Part shown: positions 13,662 to 25,464 of the stretch, one piece after another
Layout: each line of letters opens with the position of its first letter
Numbering within the stretch: the stretch's first letter is position 1
Assembly (NCBI RefSeq): GCF_036365525.1
Contig: NW_027141363.1
Span: 124,001 to 188,000 of the forward strand
Direction: 5' to 3'
DNA from: Heterodontus francisci
Taxonomy: Eukaryota
DNA length: 64,000 nucleotides
Notes under the pieces: generated by a model
What the model was told of the DNA's origin: nothing
Database searches by the model: none
What the model saw: only the letters and a program-made list of their open reading frames with translations
Made by a program: the position numbers and the translations under genes

Positions 13662-14015
13662 TCTACTGCTGCCCCCTGCCGGTGGAAGATGAGCACTGAG
13701 ATTCAATCTACTGTTGCCCCCTGCCGGTGGAAGATGAGCACTGAGATTCAATCTACTGCTGCCCCCTGCCGGTGGAAGATGAGCACTGAGATTCAATCCA
13801 CTGCTGCCCCCTGCCGGGGGAAGATGAGCACTGAGATTCAATCTACTGCTGCCCCCTGCCGGTGGATGATGAGCACTGAGATTCAATCTACTGCTGCCCC
13901 CTGCCGGTGGAAGATGATAACTGAGATTCAATCTACTGCTGCCCCCTGCTGGTGGAAAATGAGCATTGATATACAATCTGCTGCTGCCCCCTGCCGGTGG
14001 AAGATGAGCACTGAA
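13662..14015 (-). repeat. 45-bp tandem repeat x8, each unit containing a CTCF-consensus motif
   Basis: GCCCCCTG recurs at 13671, 13716, 13761, 13806, 13851, 13896, 13941 and 13986; minus-strand core CCGGCAGGGGGCAG (unit 7 CCAGCAGGGGGCAG; unit 2 ends GGCAA). Confidence 0.9.
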
Positions 14016-14034
14016 CTCCTGTTCATCCGCTGCA

Positions 14035-14073
14035 GGTTTTTGCAGCTGAGTATCCGCTTTCTCAAACACTGTG
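14035..14073 (-). promoter_or_regulatory. 23-RSS of V4
   Basis: CACAGTG (14067-14073), 23-bp spacer, GCAAAAACC (14035-14043). Confidence 0.95.
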
Positions 14074-14907
14074 CAATACTACAAGCGCAGAAATAGACAG
14101 CGGTGTGAGATGGAGCGGCGTCTCTCAGTGCCAAAGTAAACAGCGTATCGCTGGCTCTGACTGCCTTAAATGACTCGGACGTGTAATTGGTAACAGAACC
14201 TTCTGTAGCAGAATAGAACAGAGCTTCCAGTGCCCTGTCTGGTTGTTGTCTGTACCAGTACATATAGGAATTGGCAGTATTGGTCAGCGTGCATCTGAGT
14301 GTTGTGGACTCTCCTGCTGCAATCGATAGGATCGAGGGTGACTGTTCCACATAGGAGGAGAGTATTCCTGTGGAATGGAACATCGATTAGATTATTATTT
14401 CAGTCAATAATGGAATGGAGCAGGAGCTGCATTGCAAGAAAGAAAGGGCTTACATTAATATATCGCCGTTCAGGACCTCCGGACATCAGAAAGTGCTTTG
14501 CAACAAATGCAGTTACTCCATCAGTACTGCCTATTCGACAGTGCAGCAGTCCCTCAGTACTGCCTCTGCGACAGTGCAGCAGTCCCTCAGTACTGCCTCT
14601 GCGACAGTGCAGAACTCACTCAGTACTGCCTCTGCGACAGTGCAGCACTCCCTCAGTACAGCCTCTGTGACAGTGCAGCACTCCCTCAGTACTGCCTCTG
14701 CGACAGTGCAGCACTCCCTCAGTCCTGACATGTGGTTTGTCAGCCTTGACTTTGAGCTGAAGTGCTCTGGAGTGAGACTCTGACACAGGAGTGTTCCGGA
14801 CAGAATCACCGCTGACATTACAATACATTATTCGACACTGTTTCTGACTTTGACTTACGTGGGAACAGGGCAGGCATCAAGATTAGACAGAGAACTTCAT
14901 GCAACAT
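14074..14907 (-). CDS. TRBV: TCR V segment V4 (CACS family), intact; leader exon 14859-14907, V exon 14074-14367
   Basis: Leader MLHEVLCLILMPALFP with GTAAGT donor; VEQSP..C..MYWYRQ..YFCACSI; 23-RSS. Confidence 0.9.
14515..14725. repeat. 33-bp intronic minisatellite (ccctcagtactgcctctgcgacagtgcagcact)
   Basis: About 6 units here; also in the introns of V5 (~16765-16970), V6 (~18960-19100) and V7 (~21090-21230) with 4-6 units. Confidence 0.9.
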
Positions 14908-16281
14908 GATTTCTTCATTCGATACTAACTCGATGTGTGAACGTGTGGAGTTTTCAACAACACACTTGCAGGCGGTTTCTATATTGTGTTCAATTAAATA
15001 CCCAGCATCCGGTTGTCATTGTGATTGGCAGTCACTTACTGCGACACTCTGCTCCACCCCATTACATTGTATAGCAATGTTGTAGAATGATACAACACAG
15101 GAGGATAGGGGGAGATTGAATAGAGGTGTTCACATTTCAGAAAGGGATTTGATAGAGTAGAATTCAGGGAAGCAACCCTCTATACCCAGAGAGTGTGCCC
15201 ATCCCTTATTGCCCCTGAGAAGGTGATGGTGAACTATCTTCGGGAATGCCTGCTGGGCCATATCAGAGGGCAGTTAACAGTCAACCACATTGCTGTGGGT
15301 CTGCAGTCACATATAGGCCAGACCGGGTAAGAATGGCAGATTTCCTTCCCTGAAGGTCATCAATGAATACGTTAGGTTTTTACGACACTCCATGTTCAGA
15401 ATTGCTCTTACTTTCCATTACAGATTTTATTTATTTACTTAATTAAATTTAAATTCAATTTCTGCCCTGGTGAGAATTGAACTCAAGTCTGGGGATCATT
15501 AGTCCAGGCCTCTGGATTACTAGTCCAGTAACATAACTGCTCTGCTACCGTACCTCCTTGCTGAATGGCGGTTAAAGGGTTAAATTGTTCACTGGTCTGA
15601 ACTGCGAGTTTCTTTGAAGAACACATCAAATGTGACTCGAGTCTAAGATGAAAGTGGGTAAAGAGTTTTCAGCAGCTTCTGAACTCGCTGTCAGGAGGCA
15701 GGTGTCCCAGAGATGAAGTTATCTGGAGAGGGGTCTCACTTTGAACAGTGTCAAACAGCGCTCAGATTGTTAATGGTTCTGTGCTGAGTTAGTTCCTGTG
15801 CATTGGGGAGTTGTTCGCCTCTGTTTAGTGAAGTTTAGAGGGAGATTAACCAGACTGGTATCAGGGATGAGGGACTTCAGTTACTGTGGAGAGACTGGAG
15901 AAGCTGGGGGTTTCTGCCCTTAGAGCAGAGAAGGTTAATGGTAGATGTGATACAGATATTGAAGATCATAGAGGATTTTGATAGATAATTGATGACAAAC
16001 CACATCTTCTACTGGTCAATATATAGAAAATCTATGAAAAGATGGTCATTCATTACATTACTGCAGTATGTTTAATTAGTTCATACAAACTGTAATTACC
16101 TAAAGATAGAGTTAGATAGATAGAGAGACAGAGAGATAGATAATCAGGTAGAGAGATAGATAGATAGAGAGACAGAGAGATAAACAATCAGGTGGACAGA
16201 TAGATATGAACAATAAGCGTCAATCTACTGCTGACCCCTGCCAGTTGAAGATGAGCACTGAACTCCCGTTCATCCGCTGCA

Positions 16282-16320
16282 GGTTTTTGCAGCTGCTGAT
16301 CCGCTTTCTCAAACACTGTG
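16282..16320 (-). promoter_or_regulatory. 23-RSS of V5
   Basis: CACAGTG (16314-16320), 23-bp spacer, GCAAAAACC. Confidence 0.95.
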
Positions 16321-17155
16321 TGATACTACAAGCGCAGAAATAGACAGCGGTGTGAGATGGAGCGGCGTCTCTCAGTGCCAAAGTAAACAGTGTATTGCTG
16401 GCTCTGTCTGCCTTAAATGACTCGGATGTATAATTGGTGACAGACCCTGTTCCAGCAGAATAGAACAGAGCTTCCAGTGCCCTGTCTGGTTGCTGTCTGT
16501 ACCAGTACATTGTAAGATAGGCAGTATTCTTCAGCGTGCATCTGAGTGTTGTCGACTCTCCTGCTGCAATCGATAGGATAGAGGGTGACTGTTCCACATA
16601 GGAGGAGAGTATTCCTGTGGAATGGAACATCGATTAGATTATTATTTCAGTCAATAATGGATTGGAGCAGAGGCTGCATTGCAAGAAAGAGAGGGCTTAC
16701 ATTAATATATCGCCGTTCAGGACCTCAGGGCATCAGAAAGGGCTTTGCAACCAATGTAGTTACTCCCTCAGTACTGCCTCTGCGACAGTGCGGCACTCCC
16801 TCAGTACTGCCTCTGCAACAGTGCAGCACTCCCTCAGTACTGCCTCTGTGACAGTGCTGCACTCCCTCAGTACTGCCTCTGCGACAGTGCAGCACACCCT
16901 CAGTACTGCCTCTGTGACAGTGCAGCACACCCGCAGTACTGCCTCTGCGACAGTCCAGCACTCCCTCAGCCCTGACACCTGGGGTGTTAGTTTTGACTTT
17001 GAGCTCAAGTGTTCTGGCGTGAGACTCTGACACAGCAGTGTTTTGGAGCAGAATCACCGCTGACATTACAATACATTATTCGACACAGTTTCTGACTTTG
17101 ACTTACGTGGGAAGAGTGCAGCCATCAAGATTAGACAGAGAACTTCATGCAACAT
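16321..17155 (-). CDS. TRBV: TCR V segment V5 (CACS family), intact; leader exon 17107-17155, V exon 16321-16614
   Basis: Same architecture as V4; CDR1 NTAYLTMY, CDR2 SAGTGS. Confidence 0.9.
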
Positions 17156-18477
17156 GATTTCTTCATTCGATACTAACTCGATGTGTGAACGTGTGGAGTT
17201 TTCAACAACACACTTGCAGGCGGTTTCTATATTGTATCCAATTAAATACCCAGCATCCGGTTGTCATTGTGATTGGCAGTCACTTACTGCGACACTCTGC
17301 TCCACCCCATTACTTTACATAGCAATGTTGTAGAATGATACAACACAAGGGGATAGGGGGAGATTGAATAGAGGTGTTCACATTTCAGAAAGGGATTTGA
17401 TAGAGTAGAATTCAGGGAAACAACCCTCTGTACCCAAAGAGTGTGCCCATCCCTTATTGCCCTTGAGAAGGTGGTGGTGAACCATCTTCGGGAATGCCTG
17501 CTGGGCAGTTAATAGTCAACAACATTGCTGTTGGTCTGGAGGCACATATAGGCCAGACCGTGTAAGAACGGCATATTTCACTATGTTCACTATGGAGAAG
17601 GATGATGCAGGTGTAGATATCAGGGAGGGGGGTTGTGATATACTTGAACATATTAGCTTTTAAAGGGAGGAGTATTAGCTGTTTTAGCAGTCTTAAAAGT
17701 GGATAAGACCGCAGCCCGGATGAGACATATCCCAGGCTGTTATGTGAGGCAAGGGAGGAGATTTCAGGGCCTCTGACACAAATTTTCAATTCTCTCTGGC
17801 CACAGGAGTGGTCTCAGAGGACTGGAGGATAGCGAATGTTGTAACATTATTCAAGAAGGACACTTGTGCTCTTCTGAACTCGCTCCCAGGAGGCAGGTGT
17901 CCCAGAGATGAAGTTATCTGGAGAGGGATCTCGCCTTTGAACAGTGTGAAACAGCGCTCAGATGGTTAAGGGTTCCGAGCTGAGTTAGTTCCTGTTCATT
18001 GGGGGTTTGTTTGCCTCTGTGTAGTGAAGGTTAGAGGGAGATTAACAAGACTGGTACCAGGGATGTGGGAGTTCAATTACTGTGGAGAGACTGGAGAAGC
18101 TGGGAGTTTCTGCCCTTAGAGCAGAGAAGGTTAATGGTAGATGTGATACAGATATTGAAGATCATAGAGGCTTTTGATAGATAATTGATGACAAATCACA
18201 TCTTCTACTGGTCAATATATAGAAAATCGATGAAAAGATGGTCATTCATTACATTACTGCAGTATGTTTAATTAGTTCATACAAACTGTAATTACCTAAA
18301 GATAGAGTTAGATAGATAGAGAGACAGAGAGATAGATAACCAGGTAAAGAGATAGATAGATAGAGAGACAGAGAGATAAACAATCAGGTGGACAGATAGA
18401 TATGAACAATAAGCTTCAATCTACTGCTGACCCCTGCCAGTTGAAGATGAGCACTGAACTCCCGTTCATCCGCTGCA

Positions 18478-18516
18478 GGTTTTTGCAGCTGCTGATCCGC
18501 TTTCTCAAACACTGTG
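18478..18516 (-). promoter_or_regulatory. 23-RSS of V6
   Basis: CACAGTG (18510-18516), 23-bp spacer, GCAAAAACC. Confidence 0.95.
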
Positions 18517-19285
18517 CGATACTACAAGCGCAGAAATAGACAGCGGTGTGAGATGGAGCGGCGTCTCTCAGTGCCAAAGTAAATAGTGTATTGCTGGCTC
18601 TGTCTGCCTTAAATGACTCGGATGTGTAATTGGTGACAGACCCTGTTCCAGCAGAATAGAACAGAGCTTCCAGTGCCCTGTCTGCTTGTTGTCTGTACCA
18701 GTACATTAATGTGTAGCCAGTATTCTTCAGCGTGCATCTGAGTGTTGTCGACTCTCCGGCAGAAATCGATAGGATAGAGGGTGACTGTTCCACATCGGAG
18801 GCGAGTATTCCTGTGGGACAGAACATCGATTAGATTATTATTTCAGTCAATAATGGACTGGAGCAGGGGCTGCATTACAAGAAAGAGAGGGCTTACATTA
18901 ATATATCGCCGTTCAGGACCTCAGGGCAACAGAAAGGGCTTTGCAACCAATGTAGTTACTCCCTCAGTACTGCCTCTGCGACAGTGCAGCACTCCCTCAG
19001 TACTGCCTCTGCGACAGTGCAGTATTCCCTCAGTACTGCCTCTGCGACAGTGCAGCACACCCTCAGTACTGCCTCTGCGACAGTCCAGCACTCCCTCAGT
19101 CCTGACACCTGGGGTGTTAGTTTTGCCTTTGAGCTCAAGTGTTCTGGAGTGAGACTCTGACACAGCAGTGTTACGGAACAGAATCACCGCTGACATTACA
19201 ATACATTATTCGACACAGTTTCTGACTTTGACTTACGTGGGAAGAGTGCAGCCATCAAGATTAGACTGAGAACTTCATGCAACAT
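18517..19285 (-). CDS. TRBV: TCR V segment V6 (CACS family), intact; leader exon 19237-19285, V exon 18517-18810
   Basis: Same architecture as V4; CDR1 NTGYTLMY. Confidence 0.9.
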
Positions 19286-20607
19286 GATTTCTTCATTCAA
19301 TACTAACTCGATGTGTGAACGTGTGGAGTTTTCAACAACGCACTTGCAGGCAGTTTCTATATTGTATCCAATTAAATACCCAGCATCCGGTTGTCATTGT
19401 GATTGGCAGTCACTTACTGCGACACTCTGCTCCACCCCATTACTTTAGATAGCAATGTTGTAGAATGATACAACACAGGAGGATAGGGGGAGATTGAATA
19501 GAGGTGTTTACATTTCAGAAAGGGGTTTGATGGAGTAGAATTCAGGGAAACAACCGTCTGTACCCGGAGAGTGTGCCCATCCCTTATTGCCCTTGAGAAG
19601 GTGGTGGTGAACCATCTTCGGGAATGCCTGCTGGGCAGTTAATAGTCAACAACATTGCTGTTGGTCTGGAGGCACATATAGGCCAGACCGTGTAAGAACG
19701 GCATATTTCACTATGTTCACTATGGAGAAGGATGATGTCGGTGTAGATATCAGGGAGGGGGGTTGTGATATACTTGAACATATTAGCTTTTAAAGGGAGG
19801 AGTATTAGCTGTTTTAGCAGTCTTAAAAGTGGATAAGACCGCAGCCCGGATGAGACATATCCCAGGCTGTTATGTGAGGCAAGGGAGGAGATTTCAGGGC
19901 CTCTGACACAAATTTTCAATTCTCTCTGGCCACAGGAGTGGTCTCAGAGGACTGGAGGACAGCGAATGTTGTAACATTATTCAAGAAGGACACTTGTGCT
20001 CTTCTGAACTCGCTCCCAGGAGGCAGGTGTCCCAGAGATGAAGTTATCTGGAGAGGGATCTCGCCTTTGAACAGTGTGAAACAGCGCTCAGATGGTTAAG
20101 GGTTCCGAGCTGAGTTAGTTCCTGTTCATTGGGGGTTTGTTTGCCTCTGTGTAGTGAAGGTTAGAGGGAGATTAACAAGACTGGTACCAGGGATGTGGGA
20201 GTTCAATTACTGTGGAGAGACTGGAGAAGCTGGGAGTTTCTGCCCTTAGAGCAGAGAAGGTTAATGGTAGATGTGATACAGATATTGAAGATCATAGAGG
20301 CTTTTGATAGATAATTGATGACAAATCACATCTTCTACTGGTCAATATATAGAAAATCGATGAAAAGATGGTCATTCATTACATTACTGCAGTATGTTTA
20401 ATTAGTTCATACAAACTGTAATTACCTAAAGATAGATTTAGATAGATAGAGAGACAGAGAGATAGATAACCAGGTAAAGAGATAGATAGATAGAGAGACA
20501 GAGAGATAAACAATCAGGTGGACAGATAGATCTGAACAATGAGCTTCAATCTACTGCTGCCCCCTGCCAGTTGAAGATGAGCACTGAACTCCCGTTCATC
20601 CGCTGCA

Positions 20608-20646
20608 GGCTTTTGCAGCTGCTGATCCGCTTTCTCAAACACTGTG
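20608..20646 (-). promoter_or_regulatory. 23-RSS of V7 (variant nonamer)
   Basis: CACAGTG (20640-20646), 23-bp spacer, GCAAAAGCC. Confidence 0.9.
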
Positions 20647-21415
20647 CGATACTACAAGCGCAGAAATAGACAGCGGTGTGAGATGGAGCGGCGTCTCTCA
20701 GTGCCAAAGTAAACAGTGTATTGCTGGCTCTGTCTGCCTTAAATGACTCGGACGTGTAATTGGTGACAGACCCTGTTCCAGCAGAATAGAACAGAGCTTC
20801 CAGTGCCCTGTCTGGATGTTGTCTGTACCAGTACATTAATGTATAGCCAGTATTCTTCAGCGTCCATCTGAGTGTTGTCGACTCTCCGGCAGAAATCGAT
20901 AGGATAGAGGGTGACTGTTCCACATCGGAGGCGAGTATTCCTGTGGGACAGAACATCGATTAGATTATTATTTCAGTCAATAATGGATTGGAGCAGGGGC
21001 TGCATTACAAGAAAGAGAGGGCTTACATTAATATATCGCCGTTCAGGACCTCAGGGCAACAGAAAGGGCTTTGCAACCAATGTAGTTACTCCCTCAGTAC
21101 TGCCTCTGCGACAGTGCAGCACTCCCTCAGTACTGCCTCTGCGACAGTGCAGTATTCCCTCAGTACTGCCTCTGCGACAGTGCAGCACACCCTCAGTACT
21201 GCCTCTGCGACAGTCCAGCACTCCCTCAGTCCTGACACCTGGGGTGTTAGTTTTGACTTTGAGCTCAAGTGTTCTGGAGTGAGACTCTGACACAGCAGTG
21301 TTACGGAACAGAATCACCGCTGACATTACAATACATCATTCTACACAGTTTCTGACTTTGACTTACGTGGGAAGAGTGCAGTCATCAAGGTTAGCCAGAG
21401 AACTTCATGCAACAT
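20647..21415 (-). pseudogene. TRBV: TCR V segment V7 (CACS family), open frame but first conserved Cys replaced by Trp; leader 21367-21415, V exon 20647-20940
   Basis: TLRWTLK where paralogs have TLRCTL (TGC->TGG at 20864-20866); otherwise near-identical to V6. Confidence 0.8.
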
Positions 21416-23374
21416 GATTTCTTCATTCGATACTAACTCGATGTGTGAACGTGTGGAGTTTTCAACAACACACTTGCAGGCGGTTTCTATATTGTGTTCA
21501 ATTAAATACCCAGCATCCGGTTGTCATTGTGATTGGCAGTCACTTACTGCGACACTCTGCTCCTCCCCATTACTTCACATAGCAATGTTGTAGAATGATA
21601 CAACACAGGAGGATAGGGGGAGATTGAATAGAGGTGTTCACATTTCAGAAAGGGATTTGATAGAGTAGAATTCAGGGAAACAACCCTCTATACCCAGAGA
21701 GTGTGTACATCCCTTATTGCCCCTGAGAAGGTGGTGGTGAACCATCTTCGGAAATACCTGCTGGGCCATATCAGAGGGCAGTTAACAGTCAACTACATTG
21801 CTGTGGGTCTGCAGTCACATATAGGCCAGACCGGGTAAGAATGGCAGATTTCCTTCCCTGAAGGTTATCAATGAATACGTAGGGTTTTTACGACACTCCA
21901 TGTTCAGAATTGCTCTTACTTTCCATTACAGATTTTATTTATTTACTTAATTAAATTTAAATTCCATTTCTGCCCCTGCTGAGAACTGAACTCATATCTG
22001 GGGATCATTAGTCCAGGCCTCTGGATTACTAGTCCAGTAACATAACTGCTCTGCTCCCGTACCTCGTTGCTGAATCGGAGTTAAAGTGTGAAATCGTTCA
22101 CTGGTCTGAACTGCTAGTTTCTTTGAAGAACACATCAAATGTGACTCGAGTCTGAGATGAAAGTGGGTAAAGAGTTTTCAGCAGCTTCTGAACTCGCTGT
22201 CAGGAGGCAGGTGTCCCAGAGATGAAGGTATCTGGAGAGCGGTCTCGCCTTTCTACAGTGTGAAACAGTGCTCAGATGGCTAAGGGTTCTGAGCTGGGTT
22301 AGTTCCTGTACATTGGGGAGTTGTTCACCTCTGTGTAGTGAAGGTTAGAGGGAGATGAACCAGACTGGAACCAGGGATGAGGGACTTCAGTTACTGTGGA
22401 GAGACTGTAGAAGCTGGGGGTTTATCCCCTTAGAGCAGAGAAGGTTAATGGAAGATGTGATTCTAGATATTGAAGATCATAGAGGATTTTGATAGATAAT
22501 TGATGACAAACCAGATCATCAACTGGTTAATATATAGAAAATCTATGAAAAGATGGGCATTCATTACATTACTGCAATATGTTTAATTAATTCATACAAA
22601 CTGTAATCACCTAAAGATATAGTTAGATAGATAGAGAGACAGAGAGATAGATAACCAGGTAGAGATATAGATAGATCGAGAGACAGTCAGGTAGACAGAT
22701 AGATATAGAGAGAGGTAGAGAAATAGAGGGATCGAGGGAAAGTCAGATAGGTTGTGAAATAGCGAGCTGGATAGAGAGACAGTCAGGTAGACAGGTAGAT
22801 ATAGAGAGAGAGGTAGATAGAGGGAAAGTCAGATAGGTAGAGAAATAGCGAGCTGGATAGAGAGACAGTCAGGTAGACAGGTAGATATGGAGAGAGGTCG
22901 AGAAATAGAGAGATAGAGGGAAAGTCATATAGGTAGAGAAATAACGAGCTAGATAGAGAGACAGTCAGGTAGACAGATAGATATGTGGAAAGGTAGAGAA
23001 ATAGAGAGATAGAGGGAAAGTCAGAGAGGTAGAGAAATAGCGAGCGAGAGAGACAGTCACTGCCCCTGTAAAAGGCAGGGTTGTTAATTGTCATTCTCTC
23101 ATTTTACACCAGCTTGGTAACTGGAGTGAGAGAGAGGGATGGAGGGAGAGAGAGAGAGAGAGGGGGGGAATGCAGAGCGGGACCGACAAGAAGTTATTGA
23201 TCAGTCATGATCTCATTGAAGGACGGAGTGTTTCCGAGGTGATGAATGGTCTCCTTATGTTCCCAGGTTACTGTTAAAGTGTGTTCCAGACTCTGATGTT
23301 TATCATGGTCCGACAGCGCACTCTGCTGTCCCTTTGGAGAAAGAAAACACTGTGACATAAAACCACACCGTATG

Positions 23375-23527
23375 NNNNNNNNNNNNNNNNNNNNNNNNNN
23401 NNNNNNNNNNNNNNNNNNNNNNNNNNNNNNNNNNNNNNNNNNNNNNNNNNNNNNNNNNNNNNNNNNNNNNNNNNNNNNNNNNNNNNNNNNNNNNNNNNNN
23501 NNNNNNNNNNNNNNNNNNNNNNNNNNN
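23375..23527. other. Assembly gap (N run)
   Basis: N characters. Confidence 0.99.
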
Positions 23528-23840
23528 CTGATCTTCACTTCACATATTAAAGTCTTTAATTATCTCTCTAAGACGGATGAAGGTTTACCCTTCATTCTTC
23601 TCCTTTCTGGAACAAAGATCCCCCGATGTTCAAACTATCTTGATAACTTTAACCTCTGTTTCCTGATATCATTCCTGTAAAGTCTATTTCACAATTCCCC
23701 TGTGCTTCTATTTCTAACCAGTCTCTATCTATTTAAATCCGCCCTGTCTTGTGAAAAACATGTTCCCAATGATGAAAACACCCAACAGGACGCAGCACCG
23801 CCTGGTTTTATCTGAAACAGGTGTTTCCTGCTGCCTTTGG

Positions 23841-23879
23841 GGATTTTGTTGAACTTCTCCATCTCTCTGAGTCAGTGTG
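23841..23879 (-). promoter_or_regulatory. Degenerate 23-RSS of V8
   Basis: CACACTG (23873-23879), 23-bp spacer, ACAAAATCC. Confidence 0.8.
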
Positions 23880-24336
23880 AAGACTCCAGGCACAGAGATA
23901 CACGGCCGAGTGATTCTCCTGCAGGCTGGAGGTCTCCAGGTTGAACTGGGAGTCAGTCGGTCTCTCGACAGTGAAAACGCCCACCGTCCCCTCTGGATCC
24001 ACATAGTTAGCAATACTGGAGTTAAACATCAGCAGCGGCTCCTTCCCCAGCTCTTGTCTGTACCAGTACATGGAGGTGCTATTGCTGCTCCCCTCCAGAG
24101 TGCACCTCAGTTCCACTCCTTTCCCGGGTATTTTGGAGACAGCGGCAGGAATCGGGTGGATAGTCTGTGAGTTCACATCCGGGAGAGAGATGGAGAGAGG
24201 AGGATATCAGTAAACAGGGAACTTCTGGGAATGAAAGGGAGACAGAGAGAGGAGAGGAAGGTTATTAACAATAATTGTTTGCATTTCACACTCACATACA
24301 ATGAAACAGGATTCTCAGACACAGTAACTGATGCAT
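23880..24336 (-). pseudogene. TRBV: TCR V segment V8 (CAWS/NHS family), open V exon 23880-24178 but acceptor AG->GG; candidate leader 24300-24336
   Basis: C..MYWYRQELGKEP..YLCAWSL; the intron ends tcccGG instead of AG; leader MHQLLCLRILFH with GTATGT donor. Confidence 0.75.
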
Positions 24337-25103
24337 CTTTCACTTCAACTTGTTCTATTAATAGACATAGGAGTGAGATCAGGAGCTTAGAGTCTTGTGA
24401 GGGTCCAAATCCACTCTTTACAAATCATTGGGAGGAACATGAAGAGCGTTAGGAAGTGATACAATGTTGGAGACGCCCATTCCCCCAGGTGAACAAATCA
24501 CAATCAAATTGTTTGCCAATCTACTTCTCTCTCTTTCTCTCAGTTTACCTTCCGCTCTCTCCCTCTCTCTCAGTTTACCTTTCGCTGTCTCCCTCTCTCT
24601 GACTCCCTCTCTCTCTCAGTTTACCTTCCGCACTCTCCCTCTCTCTCAGTTTACCTTCCACTCTCTCCGTCTCTCTCTGACTCTCTCTCTCTCTCCCAAT
24701 TTCTTAGTTTTGCTATCTCTTTAGTTCTTTCTCTGTCACTTTGTTTGTCTCTATCTCTATCGCCCTATCTGTCTCAGGCTTTGTTTTTTTTTAAATCTCA
24801 GTCTCTCTTTCTCTCCTCCTCTCTCCCGCTGTCCACTCTGTCGATCTCTCTCTCTCATTATGTCTCTCTTGCTGTCTCGCTGTCTTTGACGCTATCTTTG
24901 TCTCCCTATCTCGTGACATCCTTATTCATCGTTCTTTGCACCATTGCCAGTACCTGTAAATTCAATTTGTCACTACAATCATAACTCAGTAATCATAACT
25001 CAGTTCTTTTTATTGTAATAAACGCTTTCACTCTGCAAAAGGGAACAATAGATCGAGGCACAGAGCAATTTTATCTGAAACAGGTGATTCCTGCAGCCTT
25101 TTG

Positions 25104-25460
25104 GGTTTTTGTTGAACAGCTCCATCCCTCTGAGTCACTGTGATGTCTTCAGGCACAGAAATACAAGGCCGAGTGATTCTCCCGCAGGCTGGAGGACTCC
25201 AGGTTGTACTCGGAGTCAGTCGGTCTCTCGGCAGTAAAATGGTCCACCGTCCCCTCTGGATCCACATAGTTAGCAGTATTGGAGTAAAACATCAACAGCG
25301 GCTCCTTCCCCAGCTCTTGTCTGTACCAGTACATGCAGAGGGTACTGCTCCACTGTCCCCTCTGAGTTCACCCTTTGTGCAGTTAGGGAGTAAAACATCA
25401 GCTGCGGCTCCTTCCCCAGATTGTCTGTCCCAGTACATCTGAGTGATACTGGTACCATGC
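25104..25460 (-). pseudogene. Chimeric, 5'-truncated V pseudogene V9 with perfect 23-RSS (25104-25142)
   Basis: MYWYRQELGKEP...YFCA then TGA in place of Trp; a second FR2-CDR2 fragment (MYWDRQ..EPQLMFYS..VNSEGTVE) is fused upstream; CACAGTG-23-ACAAAAACC. Confidence 0.85.
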
Positions 25461-25464
25461 ACAG

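Noticed and set aside
13518-14096. Long repetitive ORFs on both strands (HLPPAGGSSRLNLSA / QSTAAPCRWKMSTEI)
   Set aside because: By-products of the 45-bp repeat (a multiple of 3); no splice or promoter context.
14515-14725. ACAGTG in the 33-bp intronic repeat as cryptic RSSs
   Set aside because: Reads GACAGTG, lacking the essential CAC; a common shark low-complexity repeat.
23348-23354. Isolated heptamer cactgtg just before the gap
   Set aside because: No nonamer at 12- or 23-bp spacing and no V-like coding flank.
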